A DNA stretch of 64,000 bases, taken from positions 61,690,001-61,754,000 of the forward strand of contig OX597825.1 in the NCBI GenBank assembly GCA_951406725.2, given 5' to 3'. Of this stretch, positions 1 through 12,777 are shown in pieces; position 1 is the first letter of the stretch, and the number at the start of each line of letters is the position of its first letter. The notes beneath the pieces were generated by a model. That model was not told the DNA's origin. It saw nothing but the letters and a program-made list of their open reading frames with translations, and ran no database searches. A program made the translations under genes and the position numbers. Source of the stretch: Octopus vulgaris (taxonomy: Eukaryota).

Positions 1-450
1 CATGCACACATATACATATATACACACACACATGCACACTCATAAACTACATACATACTTGCATTCATATATTCAAAACAGATGCATTACACACATATAC
101 ATATGGAATAGGCATGTTAAATCAAAGCAGCATTCCACATCTTAATAAGAGAGAGAGAAAGAGATTATATAAAACAAAGAACTGAAATGGTAATGGCTTC
201 CAGATATAATGAAAAGCTCATGATAATGAGAGCAAAACTAACCCTTTAGAATAAGTCATGAAAACAAGCAAGTACAGCTGGACAATTACAACAGTGAAGA
301 GTGTCAATTTATTGGTGTCATATGAGTTACATACATGAACTTAATTATAATTATGTGAATTACTGGTAGAGCTTTTGATATTAGGGCCTGAAGAATTCAA
401 TGAGGAGAGAAATTGCTCTTATATTGATGAGATGAAATCTAAAAAAAAAA

Positions 451-699
451 TGTTCCTTCTCGAGCCATGCCAGGCTCATAAGGGCCATTTTTCCTGGTTT
501 CAGTGGTGTAGAAATTCCCCACCTGGATGGGACGCCAGTCCTTCGCAGGATGACTCATTTTTGCCAGCTGAGTGGACTGGAGCAACAGGAAATGAAGTGT
601 TTTGCTCAAGAACACAACGCATTGCCCGGTCCAGGAATTGAAACCACAACCTTATGATCATGAGTTCAACACCCTAACCACTAAGCCACATGCCTCCAC
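451..699 (-). mobile_element. tRNA-derived SINE, family A (CORE-like body), with TSD
   Basis: Reverse complement starts GGAGGCATGTGGCTTAGTGGTTAGG (A box)...GGTTTCAATTCC (B box), followed by TTGTGTTCTTGAGCAAAACAC...CTCCAGTCCACTCAGCTG. GAGATGAAATCT is duplicated at 429-440 and 700-711. Confidence 0.88.
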
Positions 700-1073
700 G
701 AGATGAAATCTGAAACCCATATATATATGTAGGTACCATGATTGTGTCTCTTCCATTACTTCCTGTCATTACTCTTTCTTTCTCTCTTCCAATAATTCTT
801 TCTAACATTGTCTCTTCTATCTCTCCTATGTTTATCCACCTCTCATTTAACTCAGTCCTGTTTCTCCCATTAGTATCTGTCTTCCATTGCTCCCTCTCCC
901 TGTTTCTCTCTTTGTTATCACTCTCTTTTCTAGTTACTTTCTTTGGGATATTATCTAAAAGAAATATTATTCCATGAAGCAATAAGAACTTTTTACATTC
1001 TTGTGGACTACAATGCAACATCCTTGATACTAATGCCATAATAAGATGCACCCAACACTCTCTGTAAATGATT

Positions 1074-1325
1074 CTTCTTGTGCCCTTTTAAAGCCTAGTT
1101 GGGCTCATTGACCCGGTTTCCTGGTTTCAATGGTGTATGTGTTCCCTTATTGGATGGGACGCCAGTCCATCGCAGCGCTACTCATTTTTGCCTGCTGAGT
1201 GGACTGGAGCAACATGAAATGAAATGTTTTGCTCAAGAATACAACGCTTTGCTCGGTCCAGGAATTGAAACCACAATCTTACGATCATGATGCTGACACC
1301 CTAACCACTACACCATGCACCTCCA
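1074..1325 (-). mobile_element. tRNA-derived SINE, family A, with 14-bp TSD
   Basis: Co-linear with 451-699. CTCTGTAAATGATT flanks both sides (1060-1073, 1326-1339). Confidence 0.9.
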
Positions 1326-1639
1326 CTCTGTAAATGATTAATGAAAGGGTAAAGATACCTAACGATTGAAAGGACCTTTACTCTTGCTAGGGACATGATA
1401 ACTTTCATGGTGTTTGTGTCACAGTAAAATACACCTAATAAATTCTGTGAAGTGGTTGTATTATAAAGAGGCTCCAGCCACAGTAATTAGGCAAAAATAT
1501 GGAATGTATGAAGAAGACTTGGCCCTCTAACTCATCTAAGTGGCAACCCATCCAACCCATACCTGCATGGAAAATGAACATAACGATAACTATAAAGATG
1601 AGGACAATGATGAAACAGAATTATGTCAAAGACGACAAG

Positions 1640-1955
1640 GACAATGATGATGGTGGGAATGATGATGATGATGATGATGATGATGGTGGTGGTGATGGTG
1701 GTGGTGATGACAAAGATGACGATGATGCTGATTATTATGGTGTCGATGACGATGAAGCTGATGATGTCAGTGAAGGTGGGGGATGGTGGTGATGGTGATG
1801 ATGATGATGATGATGATGATGATCGTTAAGATGATGTTGATGGTGATAAAAATAATGATAAAAATGATGATGATGACGATGACGATGATGATGATGATGA
1901 TGACAATGATGATGGCAATGATGATGATGATGATGACGATGTTGATGATATTGAT
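1640..1955. repeat. (GAT)n/(GGT)n trinucleotide microsatellite
   Basis: Direct reading. It explains the poly-D, poly-M and poly-I ORFs here. Confidence 0.95.
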
Positions 1956-2020
1956 GCTTCCTATCAAAAAAATAATAAAATATGATTTATTTAAAGATAA
2001 ACAAGCATAAATTAATATAA

Positions 2021-2069
<49 letters not shown>

Positions 2070-2449
2070 GTCTCTCTTTAACTAAACAAATACACACGAG
2101 CCTGTTTTTGAAAAACTGTGTAAGGCACAGATATTCTGCATAAAAAGGCAATGAAGTTATATCGGTGCCCACATCAAAGTGTGTAGGAAACCTAGCATGC
2201 TAATCTTTAACTGACATTTCTAAAGAGAGGGCAGTGAAATAACAGAATTCCCATAATTATTAAACATAAACTAATGTTAACACTCAACGTTTTAATGTAT
2301 GTGTGAAATGTTATGAGAAATTTATATTGAATTTTAATAAATTTCAAATAGGAAATTTATTTACAGTAAAAGGATAATAACGACAAGAAACAATTTATTA
2401 AATTGTTATTTTATGATTTTGTTGGTTGCTGCACATATATCACACATTT

Positions 2450-2682
2450 ATAGAGATTGATAGAGAGAAAGTGAGAGAGAGGGGTTTGGAGAAGGGAGTA
2501 CGTGAGATAGTGAGTGAGAGAAATGGGTAGATGGAAAGAGAAAGGGAACGAGGGAAGGAAATAGATAAGATAAGAGCTTGAAAGAGAAGTAGACAGGTAG
2601 AGCATATGAGAGATAGTGTGGAGTGTGAAAGAGAAAGTGAGAGACAGAAATAGAGAGTGTGAGCTAAAGTGAAAAGGATATT

Positions 2683-2750
<68 letters not shown>

Positions 2751-2820
2751 CAGATATATATATAGATAGATAGATAGATGATAAGTAGATAGATAGACAA
2801 GTAGATAGATAGATAGATAA

Positions 2821-2900
<80 letters not shown>

Positions 2901-2946
2901 AGTAGATATATAGATAGATATATAGATAGATAAGTAGATAGATAAG

Positions 2947-3018
<72 letters not shown>

Positions 3019-3160
3019 GAGATAGAGAGTAAAAACAATGTTACATATAGATATTGAAAGACAGATTGAGATAGATAGATAGACAGATAGATGGAAAGAG
3101 AGCAAGAGAGACAGAGAGAGCACAAGAGAAAGTGAATGAGAGAGATGTGGAAAGAGAGAA
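2450..3160. repeat. AG-rich tract with (GATA)n tetranucleotide array (core about 2682-3020)
   Basis: Direct reading. It explains the SIYL-repeat ORFs. Confidence 0.95.
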
Positions 3161-4044
3161 AATTGATATAAAATTCTATAGAGAATTGTTGGTATTTTCA
3201 GGAACGGTTAGTTCTGTGAGGTGCCAGTAAAAGCATAAAATTTTATTATGATCCAGAACAACCAGCCCAGCAATAACAGAAAACATTTGAAATTTTCAAA
3301 ATATTAATAACTTCCAAACACTAGGTTCACTACACTGACAGTTTTATTAACCATGTGTTATTTCATCTACATAAATATACTTCAAATGTGTTTTTCATTC
3401 ATTTTTGTATGTATATATATGTTCCATAAACATGTATGTATGTGTTTTGAGTGCATGTGTATATGTTTATCTGAATGTGTTTTGAGCTTTTGTATGTGTG
3501 TGTATTTGTGTGTGTTCATATAAATCTATGCATATTACCATAATTCATGTGATTAATCATATACTTATGTAAGTATTTCCTTTCTCTGTTAAATACATTT
3601 GTACGTGTGTATGTGTGCAATCATGTGTATATGTGTCTCTGTGCTTTTGTATGCTATCTTCATTTTTAATATAAATTATTTCTCTTAAGAATTGAGGTGA
3701 TTTTAACAAAGAAACTGCATTTCTTTGTTGGAATTTAGATTTCCAGAATGGTGAAGAGTTATATGCTGAACTTCAGAGAAGTCTTTCATATTTCTATATT
3801 CCACTTACAAATTCTGTTTGTAATTATTGAATATATGAGGGAGCTTCTTGAAGCAATATTTTTACAATTGGTTTACATTTCCTGTCACAAACCCTTATAA
3901 GTTTTCAAGTTAAGAATTTTCTTTTATCTCAAAAGAATTCAAAAGCAAAGAGATGTTGGATAATTTGTTGAACGGAATTGTCAATGAATTTCATAGGTTG
4001 CAGTCCAGTCACAGATGGTGATATCAATATTTGTAGTCATAAAA

Positions 4045-4172
4045 GCAGCAAGCTGGCAAAAATTGTTAGCACACTAGCGAAATGCTTAGCAGCATTTCAT
4101 CTCTCTCCACATTCTGAGTTCAAATTCTGCTGTGGTTAGCTTTGCCTTTTATTTTTTGGGGGTTGATAAAAT
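4045..4172 (+). mobile_element. SINE family C (OK-like), degenerate 5' part
   Basis: AGCTGGCAAAAATTGTTAGCAC...TTCTGAGTTCAAATTCTGC...TTGATAAAAT matches the heads of the intact copies at 43352 and 62817. Confidence 0.7.
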
Positions 4173-4203
4173 ACATACATACATACATACATAGATACAT
4201 GCA

Positions 4204-4235
<32 letters not shown>

Positions 4236-4236
<1 letters not shown>

Positions 4237-4760
4237 GGTTGTGAAAAAGGGAGAAAACTGTAAACCAGACTAGCAACATATCCATCAATAATTTGACTAT
4301 TTCCTCTATATCTGATGAGGAATGTTACAGATATCTAGGAGTGGATGAAAACATATCTTACAATGGCTTCTGTATAAAAATGCATGTCACTAAAGAATAT
4401 TACAGCTGAATAAAGAAAATTTGGACCTCAGAATTTTCTGCATTCAATAAACCAGAAGCCCATAATGTGTCTACAGTGCCAGTAATCATACCAACATTTG
4501 GGTTGCTTGATTAGATGCTTGATGAGATCCAAGCCATTCATGTTAAAACCTGAAAATTACTAACAAGCACACATGAGTTCCACTTAAACTGTGATGTAGA
4601 CCACCTCTATCTAAAACATAAACACGGCAGCAGAGGCTTAACGTCAATCAAAAATGCCTTTGAATGTTGTATCATACCTCTTTGGCAACGTCTTTTAACA
4701 CCAAGTACCAAAGTGCATGCCTTGACTAAGTTTGCATACATGAGGCTGATAACATCATAA
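4236..4760 (+). mobile_element. Decayed R4/Dong-clade non-LTR retrotransposon (RT C-terminal part)
   Basis: Manual translation gives CYRYLGVDEN, then NKPEAHNVSTVPVIIPTFG...VKT*KLLT...HLNCDVDHLYLKHKHGSRGL. This matches the R4-clade pattern YLG...NK..AIN..AVPV..Y.FG...KTRK.LT...H...D..RLY..R..GGRGL. In-frame stops are present. Confidence 0.75.
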
Positions 4761-5228
4761 GGCTTGGAAGGCAGTTCCTTGAGCAGCATTCCTTGTCTGA
4801 TAACCTTAAATACATGTCCAAAGGAGTCACACAACTCTACTGCAACATATCATGAGATGTATGTATGCATATGTAGTATGTTTCTATTTCCATATGTATG
4901 TATGCATGTATATAAGTATGCATGTATATACAAAACAACAGGCTTCTTTCAGTTTCTATCCACCAAATTCAATCTCAATGAATTTACCAAACTATGGCTG
5001 TAGTATGAAACGCCCAAAATGCCACACAGTGGGACTGAACTAGAACTGACATGGTTGGGGAGCAAACTTAGCCGTGATGCCACAGCTATACCAGTGCATA
5101 AACAAAGATGTAGAAATATAGGTAAGAGAGAGAGAGAGAGAGAGCTCCAATTCATACGAGGTAAATAACACTTGCTCAAAATCCCATGCAGTGAATTAAA
5201 GCATGGAAACTTATGATTGTGAAGCACA

Positions 5229-5464
5229 TTTATTTCTTTATTGCCCACAAGGGGCTAAACATAGAGGGGACAAACAAGGACAGACAGAGGGATTAAACCG
5301 ATTTCATCGACCCCAGTGCATAACTGGTACTTAGTTTATCGACCCTGAAAGGATGAAAGGCAAAGTCGACCTCGGTGGAATTTGAACTCAGAACGTAACG
5401 GGAGACGAAATACCGCTAAGCATTTCACCCGGTGTGCTAACGTTTCTGCCAGCTCGCCACCTTA
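5229..5464 (-). mobile_element. SINE family C (OK-like), full length, 13-bp TSD
   Basis: Contains the central block GAAAGGATGAAAGGCAAAGTCGACCTCGG. ATTGTGAAGCACA occurs at 5216-5228 and 5465-5477. Confidence 0.93.
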
Positions 5465-6206
5465 ATTGTGAAGCACACTTCTAAACCACTTGATCATACC
5501 TGTATGTGGCCAATTTACAGTAGGACTACTTTGTAAATTTGGGGAAAAAATTGACAAGAATTATGTAGTATGAGTCTCTTTCCTACATCCAGTTGATGCT
5601 TATTATGTCATATCGTTTACTGTAAAATCTAAGCAGTTAATTTGATAGTACAATATTCCTCTCGCAAAAAAAAAAAGATAAATAAATAAATAAATAGATA
5701 AATAAATAAAATGGAAAACAACAACAATAACAACAGAAAACAATAATTTCTTCCTCATCGAAAAAAATCAATACTCTATTTATGTCCTAATATTGATATC
5801 CTTTGTGCAGCACTCATCTAATTGGTTCTTATTTCAGGAAGGTTATTTACTTTCATGAAAGAGTTGTTAGAAGTTTGTGAGCTTTGCTGTAGGGCATATC
5901 AGCTTTCTACAGGTGATGTTTAGTTTAGGCTTACATTTTTAAACTAACTCTTGCTTTTTATTTAACAATCTTTTACAATTACATCACGATCATATATTTC
6001 TTTACCACATTGCTCTGTGCAAAATTCTAGCAATTGACATGTATCTATCTCTCTATGCAATAAGTAAGGAGAAAGAGCATGAATTGAAATGTGGCAACTT
6101 TCAGTAATCATAGAAGTCACTAGACATATGATGAGTTAATTATTATTATATTATTATTATTATTATGTCATGGTAGCTTGACTTTCAAAAAATGTGTGAT
6201 TGACTC

Positions 6207-6374
6207 ATAGGCATAGGAGTGGCTGTGTGGTAAGTAGCTTGCTTATGAACGACATGGTTCCGGGATCAGTCCCACTGCGTGGCACCTTGGGCAAGTGTCT
6301 TCTACTATAGCCTCGGGCCGACCAAAGCCTTGTGAGTGGATTTGGTAGACGGAAACTGAAAGAAGCCCGTTGCA

Positions 6375-6435
<61 letters not shown>

Positions 6436-6670
6436 CAATGTGTATGTGTATGTTTGTGTGTCTGTGTTTGTCCCTCTACCAACATCGCTTGACAACCGAT
6501 GCTGGTGTGTTTACGTTCCCGTAACTTAGCGGTTCGGCAAAAGAGACCAATAGAATAAATACTTGGCTTACAAAGAATAAGTCCTGGGGTCGATATGCTC
6601 GACTACAGGCAGTGGTTCAGCATGGCCACAGTCAAATGACTGAAACAAATTAAAGAGTAAAAGAGAGAGT
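6207..6670 (+). mobile_element. SINE family B (OR-like CORE-type), full length, with internal TA/TG microsatellite and (TAAAAGAG)n tail
   Basis: tRNA-like head AGGAGTGGCTGTGTGGTAAG...GGTTCCGGGATCAGTCCC and CORE-like ACCTTGGGCAAGTGTCTT. More than 10 related copies lie in the window. Confidence 0.93.
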
Positions 6671-6696
6671 ATGAGTCACACACACATACAAATATA

Positions 6697-6884
6697 TGAG
6701 GGATGTTGAAAAGTTCCTGGCCTCGAGTGAAAGAAAATACAGGAAGATCAGTTAATTATGATTTTATTCAGCATATTCCCCTCTCGGATTCACACACTTA
6801 TTGCAGTGATCCTTCAGGTTTTCTAAGCTCCAACCAGGCCCTTCATGATTCTCTTACAGCCATGAACTTTTCAGCAGCCAGTCG
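6697..6884 (-). mobile_element. Mariner-derived MITE
   Basis: TA-flanked imperfect TIRs (GAGGG.TGTTGAAAAGTTCCTGGC / GCCATGAACTTTTCAGCA..CG). Same family as 24039 and 35769. Confidence 0.8.
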
Positions 6885-6985
6885 TATTTATATACACACA
6901 CACACACACTGTCCAACCTGTGCTAGCGCGGAAAACGGACGTTAAACGATGATGATGATGATGATGATGACACATGCACACACAC

Positions 6986-7021
<36 letters not shown>

Positions 7022-7023
<2 letters not shown>

Positions 7024-7577
7024 GCCCTGATGCAGTACCAGGCAGTGGCTCTCATGGCTTCTGATCTTAACTGATTGGAAGTGTTATCATGTACATTGTT
7101 TTGTCTTGGTATAAAAGATGGGCTACAGCAAATATTCTGCTCAATACCACAGATTTGCTTGTCAGTTGTTTGACCTTAACCAGTTGAGCATGTCCCTTAG
7201 TGGCTGACGATATGTGCATCTCTGATCACGAGCAGAAGTAGTGGGGGAGCATCATAGCCATGTGTTGAGAGGGATTCTTTGGGGTTTGAATAGTTCACCT
7301 CTGGAAACATGGGTGGTTCTTTCAACATCCTTAAACAACCCTTATTCAGGGACCGTTTGAGCGGGATGGGATACTCAACCTGAAGAAAATTCTAACTGGG
7401 CCCCACTTGCAAGGTCATGTGCTGTTTATCTTGATATGAGATCACCATGTCGCGCACATATGGTTGTGATGCATGTGCCTGGTGTACCTTTATCAGACGG
7501 GTAGTCATGATGGGTATATTGGGCTTCGTATATTTTACCCCAGTGTCACTTTGATGGCATGAACTGCTCTCTCACTC
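7022..7577. mobile_element. ~555-bp non-coding insertion flanked on both sides by (AAT)n; probable microsatellite-targeting non-autonomous retroelement
   Basis: GC-richer block with sharp borders between (AAT)n runs at 6989-7021 and 7578-7598. No long ORF. Confidence 0.55.
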
Positions 7578-7597
7578 AATAATAATAATAATAATAA

Positions 7598-8332
7598 TGA
7601 AATTATTGTATACAGTGCTCAGGTGCACCACAACTTGTCAAAAGTGCGTATAAAGCATATGCAGTAATGTACAAATGTCTGGAAAGTGAACAGTGTATGA
7701 GTCAGATACATGCTTGCATGTGTATGGAGGGGAGAAAATCAGGTGTGGTGTTGGTGAATCTCAGGAAGCATGGAAGTTTTGAAGGATGCAGTGCTCCGAC
7801 AACTAACAACTGATGCCGGCAGTTTGTTCCATGCTTCAGCAACTCTTAGAGTGAAAAAATCTTTCCAAAAGTCATGCGTTTGTATGGAGGAGAGAAAATC
7901 AAGTGTAGTGTTGGCGAATCTCAGAAAGCATGGAAGTTTTGAAGGATGCAGTGCTCCGACAACTAACAACTGATGCCGGCAGTTTGTTCCATGCTTCAGC
8001 AACTCTTAGAGTGAAAAAATCTTTCCAAAAGTCATGCGTTTGTATGGAGGAGAGAAAATCAAGTGTAGTGTTGGCGAATCTCAGGAAGCATGGAAGTTTT
8101 GAAGGATGCAGTGCTCCGACAACTAACAACTGATGCCGGCAGTCTGTTCCATACTTCAGCAACTCTTAGCATGAAAAAATGTTTCTGAAAGCCATGGGTG
8201 CTGTGCTGTTTACTGACTTTGTAAACATGTCCACGGGTGTTAGACAGGTGGTGTTTGAAAAGGTGCTCAGAGTTATTGTTAGTAAGATGGATAATAATTT
8301 TATGGATGTCTGCCAAGACAGCTGTCCGACGT
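7598..8332 (-). mobile_element. CR1/L2-group LINE 3' end with internal 160-bp tandem triplication
   Basis: ORF 8059-8388 reads TRGH.YK...RKHFF..RV..WN.LP..VV....FK-type sequence, the conserved CR1-group ORF2 C-terminus. It is followed by a 3' UTR and an (ATT)n tail. Confidence 0.88.
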
Positions 8333-9559
8333 ATACATATACATATATGTAATTGTACACACACACACACACACACACAAACACACACATATACATATAT
8401 ATTATCATCATCATTATTATTTGTGTTATCATCATTATCAAGTCCATTTCCCCTGCTGTTATTGGTTGGGCATGTTGTTGTTGTCCATATCAGTTCTTAT
8501 ATAGAGTGACTGCTGTCTCAGAAGGGTTGGGGTACCACATCTTATTCACACAATTCAGTTTTAGCATGATTTCTGTGTCTGAATTTCCTTCCTAACACAA
8601 ACCATTTTACAGAGTGAACCAGATGCGTATTTATTACTAGCAAGTTTGCCTTGTTGAACACAAGAAAACTTATAACATTGGCTTTTTTAGGATTCTTTCA
8701 GAGTTAGTGTGTACACGTCATGTTTATTAAGTTCCATTTAGTGTCGACTGAAAGAAAGGTGCTACTTATTCAAAAGGCTAAATAAAGAAAGCAAATGTTA
8801 TCAAATTAAATGGAAATGTGAGAAAACGTATATGTTGTAATATCAGTGAGATTATGAATTATTATATAGTAATATTAATGTGAACAGAATAAGAAAATAA
8901 GAGATAGTGAAAATAGTAACAAATTCGGATGAATAAATGTGCAAAATATCTTGTAGTTCTTAATGTGTTACAAAGAGATGAATATAAAACATATATATAT
9001 CTTAAATTAACATTAACTTTTACTTATCAGTAATATGCATGAGTGCAAGCTTCATGTGAGAATAGTTTGTTGCATGTTAAAATAATGCGTTATCAAACGA
9101 AAGATCTTTACATATCTCGGAGTAACAACGTCTTTTATAGCTTTAAGTTATATCATTAATATAAATGTATGTAAAATACAAGTTAGAAAAATTTTATACA
9201 AGTTAAAAGAGTTGTGCTATCAAATTAAACACAGACTGACTTATATATCTTAAAGTAGCAATATGCTTTATAACTTTAAGTTATATCACTAACACAGAAG
9301 TATACAAAGTACTTGTTATTTAGATCATTTTGCTATAAGTCTAGAATATGATATTATTTCATGAATAAACACAGAAACAAATATGCTATCAAATTATAAA
9401 TAAGGATGTGAATGTGGATATGCTGGGATATAACTTAGGATGTAAATTATTTATACTGTAATATTTTAAGTGGATTAAATTAAATTAAAAAATTTAGGAA
9501 TTATTATACTGTAATATTCTAAGCAGATTAAATTAAATTAAAATTTTTTTAAAGGGTAA

Positions 9560-10900
9560 GCAGGAAAAGGAAAAGGGAGAGGATTTGAGTTTAAATAAAT
9601 AGCTGTTCAAATGTTCCAATCTGAAATGATTAAGGGAACCTGTAATTAGTTTGGTTAGAGGTAGTAAAAGAGTGTAATAAAGTTGAGTACAGTAATTTAA
9701 ATTTAATGAACTTTAATAAAGTGAGGGTTTATTAGGAATTTGTAGGTTCTAATTTCGATATGGAAATAAATATAACAAAGAGGAACATTAATTTAATCTT
9801 AAACAATTAATATATTAAATTAAGGAATTTTACAATAATTGGAAATCTTGGTTTAGCAGTTGTTACTGTATAAGCTGACCAATTATATTACTGCAAAGTA
9901 GGAAAGCTGCAATGATAAGGAAAACAATTAATGTCAATGGACATCAGTAGTGTAGTTGTTAGCATGAAGTTTTACTAAGTAAAAATATAAATTATATGAT
10001 AGAAGTTGTTGAAGAAATGTACTATAGAAATGTGTGGAAGTAGCTTCAATAAAGTATTACTAATTTTGAAAGAGAAAAGTTTTGAAAAATTTTAATGTTC
10101 TAAAACTTTGATGTCTGCAAAATGACGCTGATCAGAAGTGCTGATTAAGTAGCCAGAAGTTTGACAATAAAATTTTAAAGGCTTCTGAGGTGAAAAAAAT
10201 TTCTTCTGAATGCAAAGTTTTGTAAATTGATAGAATTTTCCATTTAATATTAGGAAATAAGCTAGCAAATCTCATATATAGATTAACAATGAAGAAACAG
10301 CTTTGTTGTTTTACTCTCTCAAAGTTTGTGTGTGTGTGTTGATTAAATCTGTTTCAATAAACTGCCAGGAAAAAATATTTGTAAATAAAAATTGGATCTG
10401 TGGCACAATAAACTTATAGCTTATCATTGCAAGTGGACAATTATATGCATTGAAACAAATTCAATTAGATTATTTTATTTAGCAGACTATGTTTCTAATC
10501 TATATGAAATATGGTTCATTAATATTTGTACAAAACAAAGGGTGTTGGAATATCTATGAATATTAATGTTTGTTTTGTAAATAATAAATGTTTCAGTAAG
10601 GAGATCAAAAATTGTTTAGATACAGGTGTTGATACTGATAAGTTAAGCTGGGAATCATACCATTCTTTATGTCTCTGCTGCATTTAAAAATATAGATTAT
10701 GATTTGATTATACTGGACTTTTCTTGTGTAGATCTTTTCTATTTATCAATAGACATTGTATAACATTAACTACCAATTAGTTTACCATGATCCTAATAGC
10801 TGCAATGTAAAATCTGTTTAACTCTATCCAATTGTAATTCCAGTACATTTGCATTTTGTTTATAAATAAATATCATTGTGTAATATAGCTTGATTCCAAT
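9560..10900 (-). mobile_element. Highly decayed LINE-like remnant (possibly L1/Tx1 ORF2 C-terminus)
   Basis: Minus-strand fragments such as IKNGMIPSL and RFASLFPNIKWK resemble post-RT motifs. Many stops; weak call. Confidence 0.3.
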
Positions 10901-11142
10901 GATAATTTGTTTCACAATATCAAAATACTTCATTCATTTTTAGGTGTGGCTGTGTGAGTTAGAAGTTTGTTTCCTAACTATATGGCATTGGGTTCAGTCT
11001 AACCACATAGCAACTTGGGCCAGTGTTTTCAACTATACCCTTTGGCTGGCTAAAGCCTTGGGAATAGTTTGATATGGAAACTGACAGGCACCTATCTTAT
11101 ATATATATATATATAGATAGATAGATAGATAGATATATAGAT

Positions 11143-11630
11143 ATCATTATCATCATAGTTTTACATCCACTTTCCATGCTAGCATGGGTTGGACGATTTG
11201 ACTGAAATCTGGCGAACCAGATGGCTGCACCAGACTCCAATCTGATCTGGCAGAGTTTCTATGGCTGGATGCCCTTCCTAACACCAACCACTCCAAGAGT
11301 GTAGTGGGTGCTTTTACATGCCACCGGCACGAGGGCCAGTCAGGTGGTACCGGCAATGGCCATGCTCAAATGGTGCTTTTAATGTGCTACCTGCATAGGA
11401 GCCAGTCCAGTGGCACTGGCAACGACCTCACTTGAATGTTTTATCATGTGCCACCAGCATAAGTGCCAGTAAGGCGATGCAGCTAACGATCATGCTCGAA
11501 TGGTGTTTTTTACATGCCACTGGCATGGAGGCTAGCTTGTTACTCTGGCAGTAATCACGCTCGTATGATACTCTTAGCGCTCCACTAGTATGGATGCCAG
11601 TCATCGAATTTGATTTCAATTTTGATTTCA
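11143..11630 (-). mobile_element. Family D non-autonomous RTE-type element with (GAT)n tail and internal ~65-bp tandem repeats
   Basis: CATCAT..TTTCCATGCTAGCATGGGTTGGACG 3' end and GCTGGATGCCCTTCCTAAC.CCAACC motif. Copies at 14732, 15580, 16118, 51111, 54580 and 55536. Confidence 0.8.
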
Positions 11631-11693
11631 TATATAGATAGATAGATAGATAGATAGATAAATAGTTAGTAGGTATATATATATGTGTGTGTG

Positions 11694-11738
<45 letters not shown>

Positions 11739-12583
11739 ACACACTTACACACATGCACATATACATATATCTTCATTCAGTTTCTGTCTAACAAATCTAC
11801 TTACACGGTTATAGTATAATACCCATGGCTCTAGTAGAAGAACACCACGCCATGAAATTGAACTGAACCTGGAACCATGAGGTTGAGAACCAAACTTCTT
11901 ACCACACAGCTGCAACTGTGCCTATATCGTTATTTATTTACTGCATCTCCTTCTATAAATATGTTATTTTCTCACACCAACACTCACTTGAGTTGCAGTC
12001 AATTAAGGAAGGAACGTATAGTTATTTCCTTCTTTTATTTAAATTAATCAAAATACTAATCAAAATACAAATTCAGTAGATACCAATATAAATACAAGCA
12101 AAATTTTTCACCATAATAATATTTTGTGCTTTAGCTACTTTAAAACTACAATAAAAATTCTTGTTAAAAATAAAAATGAAAATGAAAATTTAAATGTTAT
12201 GTTAAAATAGTTGAACATTAAATTCTCCGATACCATTTTTTAGCAGTGCTTCCTAATAATATCCATTTCACACTGAAACCTTCATTTTCAAATTTAGAGG
12301 GTGGTGATCCATAATATTAGAGACTATTGGAATTATGCATATAATTACATGTATATTTAGCTTCCACATATATATGCATGAATACTCACACAGATATTCA
12401 ACCATTAAAAGACCATAACGGATATCTCCTACAACTAACAACATATCGAACACAATCCTCATTTTCGGTAATTCTATTTACTCTTCATTATTAGTTTTTG
12501 TAAATAATTCCACTCCATCTGTTACAATAAATTCTCCAATCTTTTACACACACACATACACACGCATGCATGAACACATATAT

Positions 12584-12625
<42 letters not shown>

Positions 12626-12745
12626 ATAGAAGGAGCTTCTATAAAAGCTATAGAAGCTCCTTCTATAAAATAAATTAAATTAATTTACTCTGCTATGTAT
12701 TGAGTACCTTATTTACTGTGGTGAACCCCGACTCAACCCGGGACC

Positions 12746-12777
<32 letters not shown>

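Noticed and set aside
1499-1792. Acidic poly-Asp ORF
   Set aside because: It is a (GAT)n tract following an old family-D-like tail.
4252-4292. CTGATGA...GAAA as a hammerhead
   Set aside because: It lies within R4-clade coding sequence (DEECYRYLGVDEN) and has no stems.
9400-10900. Mitochondrial insertion (NUMT) suggested by AT richness
   Set aside because: No recognisable mt rRNA, tRNA or protein motif. Weak LINE-like peptides fit better.
11308-11610. CRISPR-like array
   Set aside because: Whole units are homologous and diverged, with no identical repeats or unique spacers. Eukaryotic TE context.
12230-12540. Minus-strand coding exon
   Set aside because: No recognisable motif or splice signals, and only short open frames.
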